A stretch of 64,000 bases of DNA, taken from Azolla caroliniana (Eukaryota > Plantae > Polypodiophyta). The stretch is taken from positions 13,392,001 through 13,456,000 of the forward strand of contig JBHGNT010000009.1 in the NCBI GenBank assembly GCA_043228905.1. Reading direction: 5' to 3'. Below, in pieces: positions 1 to 12,883 of the stretch. Under the pieces are notes generated by a model, which was not told the DNA's origin, made no database searches, and saw only the letters and a list, made by a program, of their open reading frames with translations. A program made the position numbers and the translations under genes. Each line of letters begins with the position of its first letter. The stretch's first letter is position 1.

Positions 1-292
1 AGTGATAGAGAGAGAGAGAGTGAGATATAGAGTGATACTCTGTTGTAACCGCCGGTTCACGAAGATACAGAGCTCAAGGTTGTTGCCTCTGAGGTTCTGA
101 TTGTACCTTTCTCCTATAGTGATAGTTGGAGTCCATGGGTTCTCGTGGTTTTTTCCCATTTAGGGTTTTTCCACATAAACATCCTGTGTATTTCCTTTGT
201 GTACTCTCCACTTCCCATTTCTGTGTTTCATTCTTAGTGAAGTGATTCAAGACTCGGTTGTGGTTGAGCAATGTTCCACGTTCTTCTCTTCA
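1..292 (+). mobile_element. 3' part of a copia (Tork/TAR-like) LTR, either a 3' LTR or a solo LTR
   Basis: Shares gtggttttttcccatttagggtttttccacataaacatc and ctcggttgtgg with the LTRs at 6482-7222 and 41682-42211 (rc). Ends ...ctcttCA at 292 with no PBS after it. Confidence 0.75.
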
Positions 293-319
293 AGTATCTA
301 GTACCATACCTAAACGAAG

Positions 320-405
320 TAGCTAATTAGCTCAGTGGTAGCTAATTAGCTACTGTTATAGACTAGAAGAATAGCTAGTTAGCGAAGATGTAGCTAATTA
401 GCGAC
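320..405. repeat. TAGCTAATTAGCTA palindrome array, probably intronic in a transposon-borne gene
   Basis: Several copies of tagctaattagc, the same motif as at 4030-4113, 14337-14560, 18172-18430 and 31770-32580. Confidence 0.8.
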
Positions 406-419
406 CATGTTGTTGTAGT

Positions 420-1773
420 ATCTTGTGGATTAAGGAGGGCGCATGAGGTGTCTGGTGCTGATGACGTTGCAACCGATGAGGAGATAGCTGCCAACGTGGC
501 TGAAAGTAAGAGTCCTGCGATCATATCTCCTTCATATGAGCTCCACCCTATTCTTTTGGAAGATGGTACTAAATTAGGCAACGATTTGAAAAGCCATGAA
601 ATATTGGAAACAACATGTAAATTTGAGGTTCACAACAATAATGTTTTTGAACACTTGATGCAACATTTCTTCAAATCCCAAAACCCTTCTCCAAGATAAT
701 TATGTTCATGTTGTTCTATGATGGAAAATATTTCATGTTCATTATGTTGTTTTGTGAGACTGTTAGTTACTTTGTGAGTGTGAATATGTTGGTGTTTTCT
801 AATGTTGCAAGTCTAAAGGGTTTGAATGTATTGCTCCTAAGGCCGATGGTAGTGTGGAAATTGTTGATGTTGCTGCATGTTTAGAGTGCCACATGTTGAA
901 AGTAAATGTAGCAACTGACACAAATGATCTGGTCACGCAAGTTGATCAAGCATGTTGCACAGATGATCTAATTTTGCAGGTAGATGTAGCATGTGATACC
1001 AGTGGGCTGATATCGACCAGATCAGTATCTACATGCACCGAGCTAATGACTAAGTCGACAATACAAGAGCACCAAAATGTGAAGCTAGGCCGAACAAAGT
1101 CAACCAGGGGTTTGAAGAGGAAAAGGACACCAATTGTGCTGACAGAACTTGAGTTGATTGAAATTGATCGTGTGCTACCAGTAATTGGTGTAACAGAGGC
1201 TCAGTTACAGGAATGGAAACCTAAACCATTAGAAGTCGAAAGAAGAGCCTTGATCTTGGAGCTTGATAAAGTCATGATGAGTGTGCGATATATGACACCA
1301 AGGAGGGACGCAAATCAATTTTTGGAGTGGGCTGTGCAATACTTTGATTTGTTAATTTGGAGTGAAAAAACACATACAGATGTGTGGAAGTGTGTAGAAA
1401 GATTCTTCCAGAAGTGGCAACAACATTTCAAGGGTCAGTGGACACGAGAGAATTGTGACCAGAAGGATGTTGGAAGATTCAAAGGACTTTCTGATTTTTG
1501 GGCCACTTGGCCAGATTATAATGCCGACAATACGTTGATTCTGGATACAGAACATTTCCGGCATTACTTCAACATTCACAAATGTTGTCTCATTCTACCC
1601 GATGAAATGCCTAAACACGACTTGGCGAAAACATAGAACTACCAACTAACTACATGGTTGTGGACTCCATATTGAGGCTGGTATGCAGATCATATATGTA
1701 GAGAAGTTCCACTGACCAACAAGAGCTTAGTTATTTATAGACGATTTGAAGACATTGGCAATGGGATGTTATA
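420..1773 (+). pseudogene. FCP1/SCP (NIF, HAD-like) phosphatase-domain gene, degenerate and probably spliced
   Basis: ORF 854-1636 contains ALILELDKVM (DxDxT/V position changed to ExDxV), PRRDANQFLEWAVQYFDLLIWS and FKGLSDFW..YNADNTLILD, in NIF-domain motif order. The frame continues past stops to about 1773. A probable upstream exon at ~420-695 has a decayed donor (ccaag|ataatt) and the acceptor is at 841. Confidence 0.55.
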
Positions 1774-2173
1774 AATATGTAATTTGATGACAGATTAATC
1801 AATGAAGAATTAAATTGCTTGTTTTGAGTAACTTATCTATTGTGTAATTTTAAGAGCATGTTTAGGATTGCTAATTTCATGATAGTGCTTTTTCTTAAAA
1901 TTATGCAAACTATTTTAACTTGTACATGGTTCACTTGAGTAAATCTGTATCTCAGAAAGAAGAACCCTAAACGATATTATTAAACTGGTTTTTAAGAAAG
2001 AAGAACACTAAGAAGATTGTATATAGAAAAGACACACGATTTTATTGAGAAAGAAGCACAAAAAGTAGATTGTATATCAAAAAACAAACTCCCAAACAGG
2101 TCCATTAAACTGTTTATTTGCAATACATGTGCTTTGTTTGTTTTACAAGAAAACTAGTAATTGCTACTTGTAG

Positions 2174-4008
2174 CTACAAATTCCATGACATACTGTTGTA
2201 AATACATTCATACACATTAGCACTAACTATGTATAAACCTGAGAAACTATTGTATTGCGACATTTGGACATTGATGCACTTGACCAAATGAGAGTACATG
2301 TACACCACTGGTTTGTCTTCTAATAGCCTATACACATAATTGTAATCATCTAGTCTTGCATAAAAAATAACTTCGATGTAGAATGTCCCAGTAGATACAA
2401 CATTTTCCCAAGCATCTAATATATTATGCGTTACACACTGTTTACTAACCGTGCACTTCAATATATAGAAATCAACACCCTCTAAATTGCCTTCTTTTGC
2501 ATTTACAACGAAATTATCCCCAACATTTAAGACATCACTCTGAGTATCTCCACGTCCTTGATATGTGAAGTTAGCATTCTTTTCTGTTTCTTCATCAACT
2601 GCTTCCTTATCGTTCAATTTATGATACTCCCAATTTTGAATATATGCTTTGTTTAAACAATACCTCCAATTTCCCTTCACACAATGGAAGCAAAAACAAG
2701 TTAATTCTCTAACCGCAATACAATGACCATCCAACCTAGAATAACCGTGAACACCATGGAGAGATCGCAATTTGGGAATTCCTTGGGACTCCCAGGTCTT
2801 CTCCCTATTTACTTCATCTATCTTCACTTCCCAAAATTCACAGTTGATATCTGGGACCTGCGAGGAATAAACACCAGTTGCACTCGTTGACATATTAGCT
2901 CTTAAAAATTCAACTACATCTACTGCACAATTCATCTACATACCATCTGCCTTTAGTTGTTTATGGGTAAGTGCCCTCTTTATACCAACACCTGCACCAT
3001 CTTGTTCACCTTTACCATGGCCAAACCCAAAAAAATTCCATTTCATCTCCAAACCTGTTATAGCAGGATACCTCCCCACAAAATAAAATGGACGTCTAGC
3101 CTTGAATTGTGACGTAGCTCCATTAGACTAGACCCAATGTTGAGTAAGTTCCAAACGTTTAACTAATAACCATTGCCAATGTAAGTTAAAACAATGTTGG
3201 ACGAACAAAGTATCATGCTTCTTATCATCAGAAATAAAAAAATGAATTACTTTTTTAACATCACCTGAAACTTTTTATGTGCACAAAAATGGTTACCTGC
3301 GCAGAACGCCACTGCATAGAGTGAATTTCATTCTGCTGCTTGAAAGTATAATTCTCTGTGAAATCTACTATTGAGACTACTACGTCGTTTGGAAAATAAG
3401 ATATGCAAGTCTTAAACTGATGGGCTTGCCATCAAGAAATGAAGTTGTGTTTAATGAACATTCCTAGAGATACTACAAATAGAGATGCCAAATCCCTTGG
3501 TTTAAGCGACTTCCTAACTAGATCCATTCTTTTACACACCTTTCCTTCGAAATTGGTGTCAACTGACTCAAATAGCTTGACAACGATTAATATTTCACTA
3601 CTCAATTCAATTGGACACAACCTAAATCTACTAGGGCCACAATCTTGACATAAACCTATGACACATTTATGACTATGGAAGATGGCCTCAGTTTCTCTCG
3701 GACACAATACTGAATCTAAAAGACAACTCATAGAAGAGAGAACATGCTTAGATGATTTACAGTCCTCATGCGGGCTCAACCGACAAATTGGGCACTCACA
3801 AGTGCAAACTGCATTAGTTAGGGAGACGCTATGGTGACGTAGTAGATTAACAGAGTCCTTGAGAAAACCCATTTGTACATTGTAAATGCAACAACATGTG
3901 TATCGATCTTTCAAGCATCTCACAAAGTGTGGCTTAAGAGACTCGAATGTTTGTAGTTGAACTTTGATATTTGGATGCATTCGCTTGAACCTAATAAATA
4001 AATTGACC
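2174..4008 (-). pseudogene. DNA transposase exon 2 (DDD type, Sola2-like), copy 1
   Basis: Translation across stops gives TCCCIYN, VDFTENY (~3348-3366), HFFISDDKKHD, WV*SNGATSQFK, WNFFGFGHGKGEQDGAG (~2995-3045) and a C-terminal CFCFHC. Acceptor acaaag|GTCAAT at ~4009. Confidence 0.75.
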
Positions 4009-4750
4009 TTTGTAATAAATAGACATACTGATTAGCTCTATAGCTAAGTTGTAGGTAACTAGCTACTACCATAGTTTACTACAACAGCGAATTAGCTAAG
4101 TCGTAGATAATTATGTAAAAACAAATAGCGTGCAGAAGCAATAGGAAATAGAAAACAAAAAAACAGAGAATAGGTTTAATGGAGAACTTAACAGTACGCG
4201 GGAGAGAGAGAGAGAGAGAGAGAGCAAAACAAGAATCACACTTCGAAAATTATGTCAACACTCTGTACATAGTATGTGTTCAACGAACACTTTTATACAA
4301 GTTCATATGGACTGATAGAAGTACGGTGTACTTCAATGCTCACTCGAGCGTCAGACACTAACTACGAGAGTATTAACTCCCTAGTAGTCTAGCTGCTCTA
4401 CTAGGCTTCCAGTTACTGATGGATCCGGCTAACCGGCTCTTTGCTCACCGATCCGTCTCGCTCATTGGCTCAGGCTTATTCAGCCGATCTGGCTGCAATT
4501 GAGCTTGCCGCTCAACACTCCCCCTCAAGCTCAACTTGAGGTCCGGTCGTAGTGTCAACGTCTGTGGCAACCCGTCCTTCTACCCGACGACTCCTTCTGG
4601 CGTCACTTTGCCTTGCTCGTACTCCACGTCCGGTCCGGTTCTGTTTGCCGCGACCCCTCTTGTTTTGCGCACCTCGACCTCCTCGGTCGGCTTGTCTACT
4701 CAACAAGCCCAATTCAGCTCCCTCGCTGCTGTGACTTCAGCACGTGCTGA

Positions 4751-5377
4751 TGTCGTGACGATTTTCGGCTACGGTGTGAAACCAAGTGAGACGAATAAAC
4801 ATCGTTTAAACCAAGGATGTGCAACATTGCACATGCACTTAGCAAATAAACCTAAGGCCTAGTGGCACTTGAGTTCATAGAGAGGGGTGCAAGCAAGGTT
4901 TGAATCTTGCACCTCTAAGATACAAGATGATTGCCTTACCATTAGGACAACTATCATATAGTGTAGATTTTATGTATTTCCTTTTTATATACGAATTATA
5001 GATGAAACAACCATAGAAACCCATGGCTTTTGCATGACATAAGCAAAACTGTGTGCACAAAACCATGGTTTTAGCCCATGGTTTTGTGCATGTCACAAGC
5101 ATGGAAAGACCTATAAAAGCCTCTAGTTGGGCTTGTGTAAGGGGGGCTCAATATGTGATATCACCAACACCACTATCATCAATATAGTTATATTCGTCTT
5201 TATCTTCGTTATATTTTTCTACTTCTCAAGTGTACAATCTTTCTTCTTCTCAACTGAACAAATTTCATCTAATCTTACATTGATCTTCATCTCTTCGATA
5301 ATTCCGCAAACGTCCTCCCCAGTCCAAGACCCCGGTGGTCGCTCAAGTAGCACACGCACGCACAAATATTTGCGACA
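4751..5377 (+). mobile_element. Solo LTR, probably gypsy, inserted in the 3' region of the copia
   Basis: TGTCG...CGACA inverted termini and TATA (ctataaaag) at ~5111. It interrupts copia sequence that is contiguous in the 35930-35970 paralog. Flanks ctga/ccgg are compatible with a decayed 4-bp TSD. Confidence 0.75.
4880..4956 (-). promoter_or_regulatory. tRNA-like Pol III A/B-box cassette inside an LTR
   Basis: A box TGTCCTAATGG(TAAGG) starts at 4949 and B box GATTCAAACC starts at 4906, 43 nt apart. Confidence 0.55.
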
Positions 5378-6481
5378 CCGGTTCGTCGATTCCTTCGTGT
5401 TGGAGTTGACTTTCGCTGCCTTCTCGTCCTCTTGGCCTTGAATTGATCCGGTTCTTCCGAATCTGTTTGTTGAACCGAATCGACTGTCTCCGATTCGTTC
5501 CAACTCTTGGCCGAATCGGTTGCTCCCGATTCTTCTTCTGGTTCCAGGCCCTTCACCACATCGGACCATGTCCGGGTCTTGGCCTTCTTCTTCCAGTCGG
5601 CTCTGTCTTTCTTGACTCTGCCGCTGCTGCCGCTTGTTCCGACTTCTTCGGATGTGTCGAATTCCTTTGTCGCTCGGCTCCTTTCTTCTTCTTGACTCTC
5701 CCTTTGTCGGTTCTTCCCTCACCGGCGTAATCGGCAGTCTCTTTGCCTTTGCCCGTTCCGGTGTCTTTGCCCATTCTCCCCATCCAGTGTGGCACATCGA
5801 GATGCTGAACACCAAGTATTTCGGTGAAGTGCTGCAACTTGTCCGATCCGAGTGGTTTGGTGAAGATGTCGGCAACTTGCCGATCCGTGTGAACATACCG
5901 AAGTTCGACCTCACCACTCAGGACACGCTCACGCACGAAGTGATAGTGCACTTCTATGTGCTTTGTGCGAGCATGGAATACGGGGTTCTTGGCGAGCTGC
6001 ATGTTGCTTATGTTGTCGCAGTAGATTAGAATCGGGGTCGGTACCTCGATCTGTAGGTCTTGCAGCAGTCGCCGAAGCCAAATGGCTTCACAGGTGGCAA
6101 TGGTAGCGCCCCGATACTTAGCCTCAGTGCTCGATAGAGCAACTGTTGGCTGCTTTTTGCTGCTCCACGCAACAGTCGCGCTACCTAGGGAAAACATATA
6201 ACTCGAAGTTGATCGGCGATCTGATGCATCGTCGGCCCACTCGACATCTGTGTAACCGACCAACTCTTCGGTTATACCGCGCCGATATAACAATCCCCGG
6301 TCCTTCGTGCTGCTCACATATCGTAGTATTCGGTGTGCGCACTGAAGATGCTCTACGGTCAGCTTCTACATGCATTGGCTAATCACACCGACCGGATAGC
6401 TGATGTCAGGTCAGGTGATGGTCAAATATATACCGCCGACTTGTTCATCTCCATCTGGAAACCGGGGGGTTGTATCATAAA

Positions 6482-7222
6482 TGTTGGGAGACAGGTCCCT
6501 CCGGATGGGAAGGGAGAAGAAAAGTGTTGAAGAAAACCCTAAACCGGATGAGGAGTACCCGGCTACGGAGAGCCGGACGGTGCAGGCCCGGTGAGAACTG
6601 GATGAGGAGTACCCGGCTTCGGAGAGCCGGATGGTGCAGACCCGGTGAGAACCGGATGAGGAGTACCCGGCTACGGAGAGCCGGATGGTGTAGACCCGGT
6701 GAGAACCGGATGAGGAGTACCCGGCTACGGAGAGCCGGATGGTGCAGACCCGGTGAGGACTGCTCACCGGATGAAGACACATATTCGTAAATATGTTTCT
6801 GAGAGTCCATCGAGGCTATACTTGTAAATAGCTGAAAAGTCATATTAGTATAAATATGACTTAGGGCAAACTTTTATGTCGTGTAGTTGTTATTCTTGTC
6901 TGCGTGAGATTAGAGGCGCGTAACAGTGTACAGAGAGAGAGAGAGAGAAAGAGGTCGTTGCCTCTATTGTAACTACCGCCTGCGGCAAAGATCGTGAGCA
7001 CGAGGTCGTTGCCTCCGTGAACTCACTGTTGTACATTCTAACATAGTGATAGTTTGCAGCCTGTGGGCTGCCGTGGTTTTTCCCCTTAGTTTGGGTTTTC
7101 CACGTAAACATCTTGTGTACTCTTCTCTTCACTGTGTCTTGCATTCTTACCTGTTTTTCTGTGTTTGATCTTAGACTCGGTTGTGGCCGAGCGTCATTCA
7201 TCGGAGCGTGTAGTTCCCGACA
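6482..7222 (+). mobile_element. Solo LTR of the Tork/TAR-like copia family
   Basis: TGTTGGGA...TCCCGACA termini. Contains about 4 x 54-bp tandem repeats (6544-6770), a TATA-like tataaata at ~6849 and the gtggtttttcccc..tttccacgtaaa U5 motif. Confidence 0.85.
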
Positions 7223-8874
7223 AGACTCCTCATCCGGGGGGTTGTATCATAAAGACCTCTTCTTCAAGATCTCCTTGAAGAAATGCATTCTTCACATCCA
7301 TCTGGTGAAGATGCCACCCCTTGCCGCTGCAACCGCTAGCACCACACGAACCGTTGTCATCTTCGCTACCAGAGCGAAGGTCTCGTCGTAGTCGAATTTG
7401 TGGGTCTGTGCATATCCCTTCGCCACTAACTGGGCCTTGTACCGGTTAACTGAAGCGTGGGCGTTGTACTTTACCTTGTACACCCACTTGCATCTGATTT
7501 GTTTACTATGACGGGGAGGGTCAACCAGGTCCCAGGTATCGTTGGCATCAAGTGCCCGCATCTCTTCTTCCATAGCGGCACGCCAATGTGCGTCCTTTGC
7601 CGCTTTTGCGTAGCTCTCCGGCTCACGCACTTCCGCCACCTTGGTCATGTACGCATAGTGATGCGCCATGTACTCATTGTACCCGTATCACTTAATAGGT
7701 TCCTTCTAACGGGTTGACCGCCGTAACCCACCATTACCCGGTTTGAGGCCCTTCTTGGCTGGTTTGGTCTTCGGTGCCGAAGAACCGTCATGTTCCTTTC
7801 CGGAGTCCGATTCGCTCTGATCTAACTCATCAATACCGGTTTCATAATCCGGCATCTTCTTCTTCCCCTTCTCTTTGTGCGTGAACCGTCTCCTTAGTTC
7901 TTTGCGCGGGGAGAGCACGACATAGTCTTCACTACTCGCCAGTTCTTCTTCTGACTAGTCGGATTGACCCAGTCTCTCATTTGGCCCACTCAACCGAAAC
8001 GATTCCGGACTCTCTTCTTGAGTCCCGGATTCATCATCTTCTAACTGGACCGGTTCAGGCTCACTAGCCTCATCCTCCGGTATCGGGTCAGGATCAGAAG
8101 TTGAAGTTGGTAAGGCATACCATGATGCCGTCTCATCAAACTCAACATCGCGGCTACCTCAGACCTACTTCGTCCGAGGGTTAAACACTTATACCTCTTT
8201 TGCTCATGTGAGTAGCCGACGAGGATGCACTTCTCCGATTTTGCATCCAGCTTCCTCCACTTCTCATCTGGCACATGCACATATGCTATGCTGTCGAAAA
8301 TCCGAAGGTGTCTCAAATTCGGCTTGCGCCTGAAATATAGCTCATGCGCGGACACCTTGTCGCCGATCCGGTTTTGGATGTAGACGGTAGTTTGGACCGC
8401 CTCCGCCCAGTAGAAATGGGGCATGCTCTTCTCTTCCAGCATTGCCCTTGCCACGTTGACAAGCGACCAATTCTTCCTTTTGGCCACACCGTTTTGCTCC
8501 GGTGTGTATCTGCAACTAAACTCTCTCTTAATTCCCGTTTGCTGCAAATAACTGTTGAATTGGCCGGAAAAATATTCTTTTCCACCATCTGACCGCATGC
8601 ACTTGATCTTCCTCTCCGATTCCCGTTCCACCATGCTTTGGAGGTTCCGGAAATAGTCAAAGTCTTCGCTCTTCCGCTCAATGAGGTAGATCCATGTGTA
8701 CTGGCTATAGTCATCGATGAAGGAGACGAAGTATCAACTCCCGCCAAGACTCACGTTCTGTGTCGGTTCCCATACATCCGAATGAATAAGGTCATGCTTG
8801 TTGAGGCTACGGTTTTGTTCGGCAGGGAATGGAAGCCGGTGTTGCTTCTCAAGTTGGTAGGCTTCACATACTTG

Positions 8875-11800
8875 GGTGTCGACACTTCTTCTGCTTGGGC
8901 CTCGGTTGATTCAACGTGTCTAAATCAATCATCCGAACCGACTTGGCTACCTCCGATTGGTTTTCGCTCTCGTCCGAGTTGGCTGTCTCCAACTCGTGTT
9001 CGGTCTTCTCGCCCTCTATGGCGTCGTCTCCCCTATGTGTGGTTGGCTTCGGCTCTTTCCTTCGGCTGCTCCCCTTCTGTCCGCTTTCGGACTTTTCCGT
9101 GGGTCCGCCCTCGGCTTCTTCAGTCGATCCGAAGTCGAACTCGACAACCGAGTCAACAGCCGAGTCAACCGACTCAGCATCGCGGCCTCCGCTCCTTTCC
9201 TGCTGCTTTTCTTGGTCGTTCGGGACTGTTCTCCCCCTCAAGCTCGGCACATCTAGGTGACGCAACCTGAGCGCACCTGAGAATTGCCGCAAGTTGTCCA
9301 GACCAAGAGGCTTTGTGAAGATGTCGGCAGTCTGCCGATCCGTCGGCACGTACTGAAGTTCGACTTCACAGGAAAGGTCACGCTCACGGACGAAATGGTA
9401 ATGCACCTCAATGTGCTTGGTCCGTGCGTGGAAAACGGGGTTCTTCGCGAGCTGGATGCTGCTGAGGTTATCACAGTAGATCGTCGTCGGATCTGACACC
9501 TCCTCTTGCAGGTCCTTAAGAAGCCGCTTCAACCATATGGCTTCGCATGTCGCGATAGCCGCTCCTCGGTACTCAGCTTCGGTGCTCAACAGGGCAACTG
9601 TTGGCTGCTTCTTACTGCTCCACGTGATCGCGGCACTCCCAAGGGAGAACGCGTATCCGGACGTGGATCGGCGATCGGCGGCATTGCTAGCCCAATCAGC
9701 ATCGATGTAGCCGACTAGCCACGCGGCTGCACCGGTCCGATATAGCACTCCCCGGTCCTTAGTGCCGTTGACATACCGAAGTATGCGTTGCGCACACTGA
9801 AGGTGCTCCTCAGTAGGTCACGTCATGAACTGACTGATCACTCCGACCGGATAACTAAGGTCGGGTCGGGTGATGGTCAAGTATATGAGGCTTCCGACAA
9901 TTTGTCGGAACCTCGTCGGGTCGCATACCTTTCCCGTATCGGGATGAAGCTTGATGGTTCTGTCCAGAGGAGTCGAGACGGATTTACAGTCGGCCATCCC
10001 GAGTTTGAAGAGCATACCCAGCACGTAATGACGTTGGCTGATCAATATGCCTTCGGGGTTACGGATCACTTCGATCCCGAGGAAGTAATGAAGGTCCCCC
10101 AGATCCTTCATGTTGAACGATGCCGCAAGCTGGAGCTTCACGCGGTCGATTTCACCTAGGTCGGCGCCGGTGATAACCAAGTCATCGACATATAGTAGAA
10201 TACTAACCAGTCCGAGTCGACCTTTCCGGATGAATAGGGAAGAGTCCGAAGCCCATCCGACGCAGTTGTTGCGTGATCTTCGCGTTCCAGGCACGCGGGG
10301 CTTGCTTCAGTCCGTAAAGGGACTTCTTCAGTTGGCATACTGCCGAGGAGTTTGTTCCAGAGTGAAATCCAGGGGGTTGTACCATGTACACCTGTTCCTC
10401 AAGGTCACCTTGCAGGAACGCATTCTTTACATCCATCTGATGTAAGTGCCACCCCTTCACCGCAGCTATTGCGAGCAAAACACGGACGGTCGTCATTTTT
10501 GCGACCGGTGCAAACATCTCATCGTAGTCGATGTCGTGTTTCTGCGCGTAGCCCTTTGCCACTAGCCGAGCCTTGTACCGGTTGACCGAGCCATCGGTGT
10601 TGTACTTGACCTTGTACACCCACCTACACCCGATCGGTTTTACCCCTCTTGGTGCGTCAACCAGGTCCCAAGTCTCGTTCTCCGCCAATGCATGCATCTC
10701 TTCCTCCATTGCGGCACGCCAATTCGCGTCTTTAGCCGCTTCTGCGTAGCTCTCCGGCTCACGCACTTCCGCTACATGGGTCATATACGCATAATGATGC
10801 GCCATGTACTCGTTGTATCCGAACCGCAAAACAGGATTCTTCTAGCGGGTAGATCGGCGTAATCTCACATTAGCCGATGTCGAGGCCTTGTCGGTCGACG
10901 CGGTCTTCACCTTTAAAGACCCGTCACCGGTTCCCTCGGAGTCGGACTCGCATCGGTTTGACTCGTTCCTTTCTGTGCCGGAATCCGACACCTTCTTCTT
11001 CCCTTTCTCTTTGCGGGTAAGCCGTCTCCTCGGCTTCCTGCGCGGGGAATGCACGGCCGAGTCTCTTCGCGAACATTGTGGTGCCGCCGTCAGTGGAGTC
11101 GAGGAGGAACATCCTCCCGTCTCTGCGCCCTTGCGCAATCACACGGCCTTCTTCCTCAATGAAGCACCCGAGGTGTGTAAACCGAACCTCCATCCCTTGG
11201 TCGACGATCTGTCCGACCGAGACCAAGTTTTTCATGATTGTCGGAACGTGCAGCACGTTCATGAGTTTCCCTTTCTGCCCGACATGGCTAAGGGGAACTT
11301 CTCCGACATTCGCGATCAGATGCGGAGTGTCGTCTCCTGTTGCGACTACTCCCGGTTGTATCGGTTTTTCAAGGTACGAGAACCACTCCTTATGGCTCGT
11401 CATGTGGTTTGACGCACCGGAGTCTACGTACCACACCTCGTCCGATCTCGGGGTGCTCTGTTTCATTGAGTTTGCTTCGTGTCTCGACACGAAGGCAGAC
11501 CCTTCTCCGGCTCTCCCGGAGTCTTCGACGTGCGATTGCTACCGATTTCCCTTGTCGGTATGTCTGGAGCCGTTTCTCTCCGAATCGACGCGCTTCTTCC
11601 AACACTCACTTTCCCTGTGGCCTTGCTTGCCACAGTACCAGCACTCCGCGATGGCCTTCCCTTGCCAGCTCTCATCGCTTCGACTCCCCCTGTTTCTGGA
11701 GGGTCCAGAGTTGCTGTCGGCATCACTTCGGTGCCTTCTTCCTTGATCTCGTCGGCCGCCTCCATTGCGCGCCGACTCGCCTCGTCCTCCACATCCACGA

Positions 11801-12883
11801 GGCCTATCTCCCTCCGTGCACAGCATTCTGCTGTCGGTGTCCGTGCTTGTAGACACACCCGCGTGGTTCTCCTCTACCAGGAGCATCGACTGTAAGTCGA
11901 AAAAGGACGGCGTATTCTCCCGGGTACACACAGCCGTTAGGAACGCTCCGAACTTCGACGCCAAACCTCTGAGACAGATCTGGACCATCTCGCTCTCCTC
12001 GATGTTCACCTCTATGGAGGCGACGGAGTCGCAGATATCCTTGATCTTCGAGGTATAGTCCGCCACCGACAAGTCGCGTTGTCGTAGGTTGCTCAACTCC
12101 TGTCGGAGCTAAAGCTTCCTGGCTGTGGTGCTCGCGGCGAAAATCTTCTTCAGATTTTCCCACGCACCCTTCGGCGTCTTTGCATCCCGAACATAGCTCA
12201 ATAGCTATTCGCCCACACACGACGCGAAGCAGTATAATACCCTGCTCGCCGATTGCTCCCACGACGGAAAGTCTCTGTGTGTCGATTCGGGTGCCGCGTC
12301 ATTAGCTCCTTCGACATAACTCCAGTAGCCGTGGCCGATCAGGTACTGGTGCATCTTGTAGGACCAAGACGCGTAGTTGGTTCTGTCGAGCTTCTCTATT
12401 GGAAGCGAGCTCGCCATGCCTCTATCCATCGTTCTTCTTGTTCTTCTTCGTCAAGCTGTGTCGGCTGCAGAGAGGTTCTCAACCCTCGCGCTCTAATACC
12501 ATGTAAAGAGTAGCGTGCAGAAGCAAGTATAAAGACAGAACAGAAGAGAGAACACTCAGGTTCAATGGAGGGCTTGAGCTTACACAGTATACGCGGGAGA
12601 GACCGAGAGAGTTTTAGAGAAGACACCAAAGGGAGAATATATTATAAAAGACAAAAAACTATACATATATGTGTTCAATGAACACTTTGTACAAGCCCTA
12701 GAGGGACTGACTGGAGTACTAACAGTACTTCAATGCTCATTAAGAGCTCCTACACTAACTCCCAAATATATTCCTCGCGGCCTAACCGATTGGTCCCAGC
12801 CGATCCGGTCCTCGGCTTCTTCAGCCGATCCGGTCCTCGGCTTCTTCAGCCGATCCGGCCGATGTTGAGCTTGCCTCTCAACA
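8875..12883 (-). mobile_element. Nested Ty1/copia (family A) with integrase deleted and 3' LTR lost
   Basis: 5' LTR 12502-12883, PBS tggtattagagc 12490-12501 (rc). Gag MASSLPIEKLDR and zinc knuckle CWYCGKQGHRESEC, protease WYVDSGASNHM, direct jump to the linker at ~11060, RT (LLYVDDL), RNase H. Confidence 0.9.

Noticed and set aside
6544-6770. CRISPR-like array (also 56720-56855 and 19370-20385)
   Set aside because: Head-to-tail repeats without unique spacers, eukaryotic TE context, and no cas genes.
8638-12262. Numerous antisense and overlapping ORFs over the copia elements
   Set aside because: Shadow frames of GC-rich gag-pol sequence, with no independent motifs and no conservation between copies.
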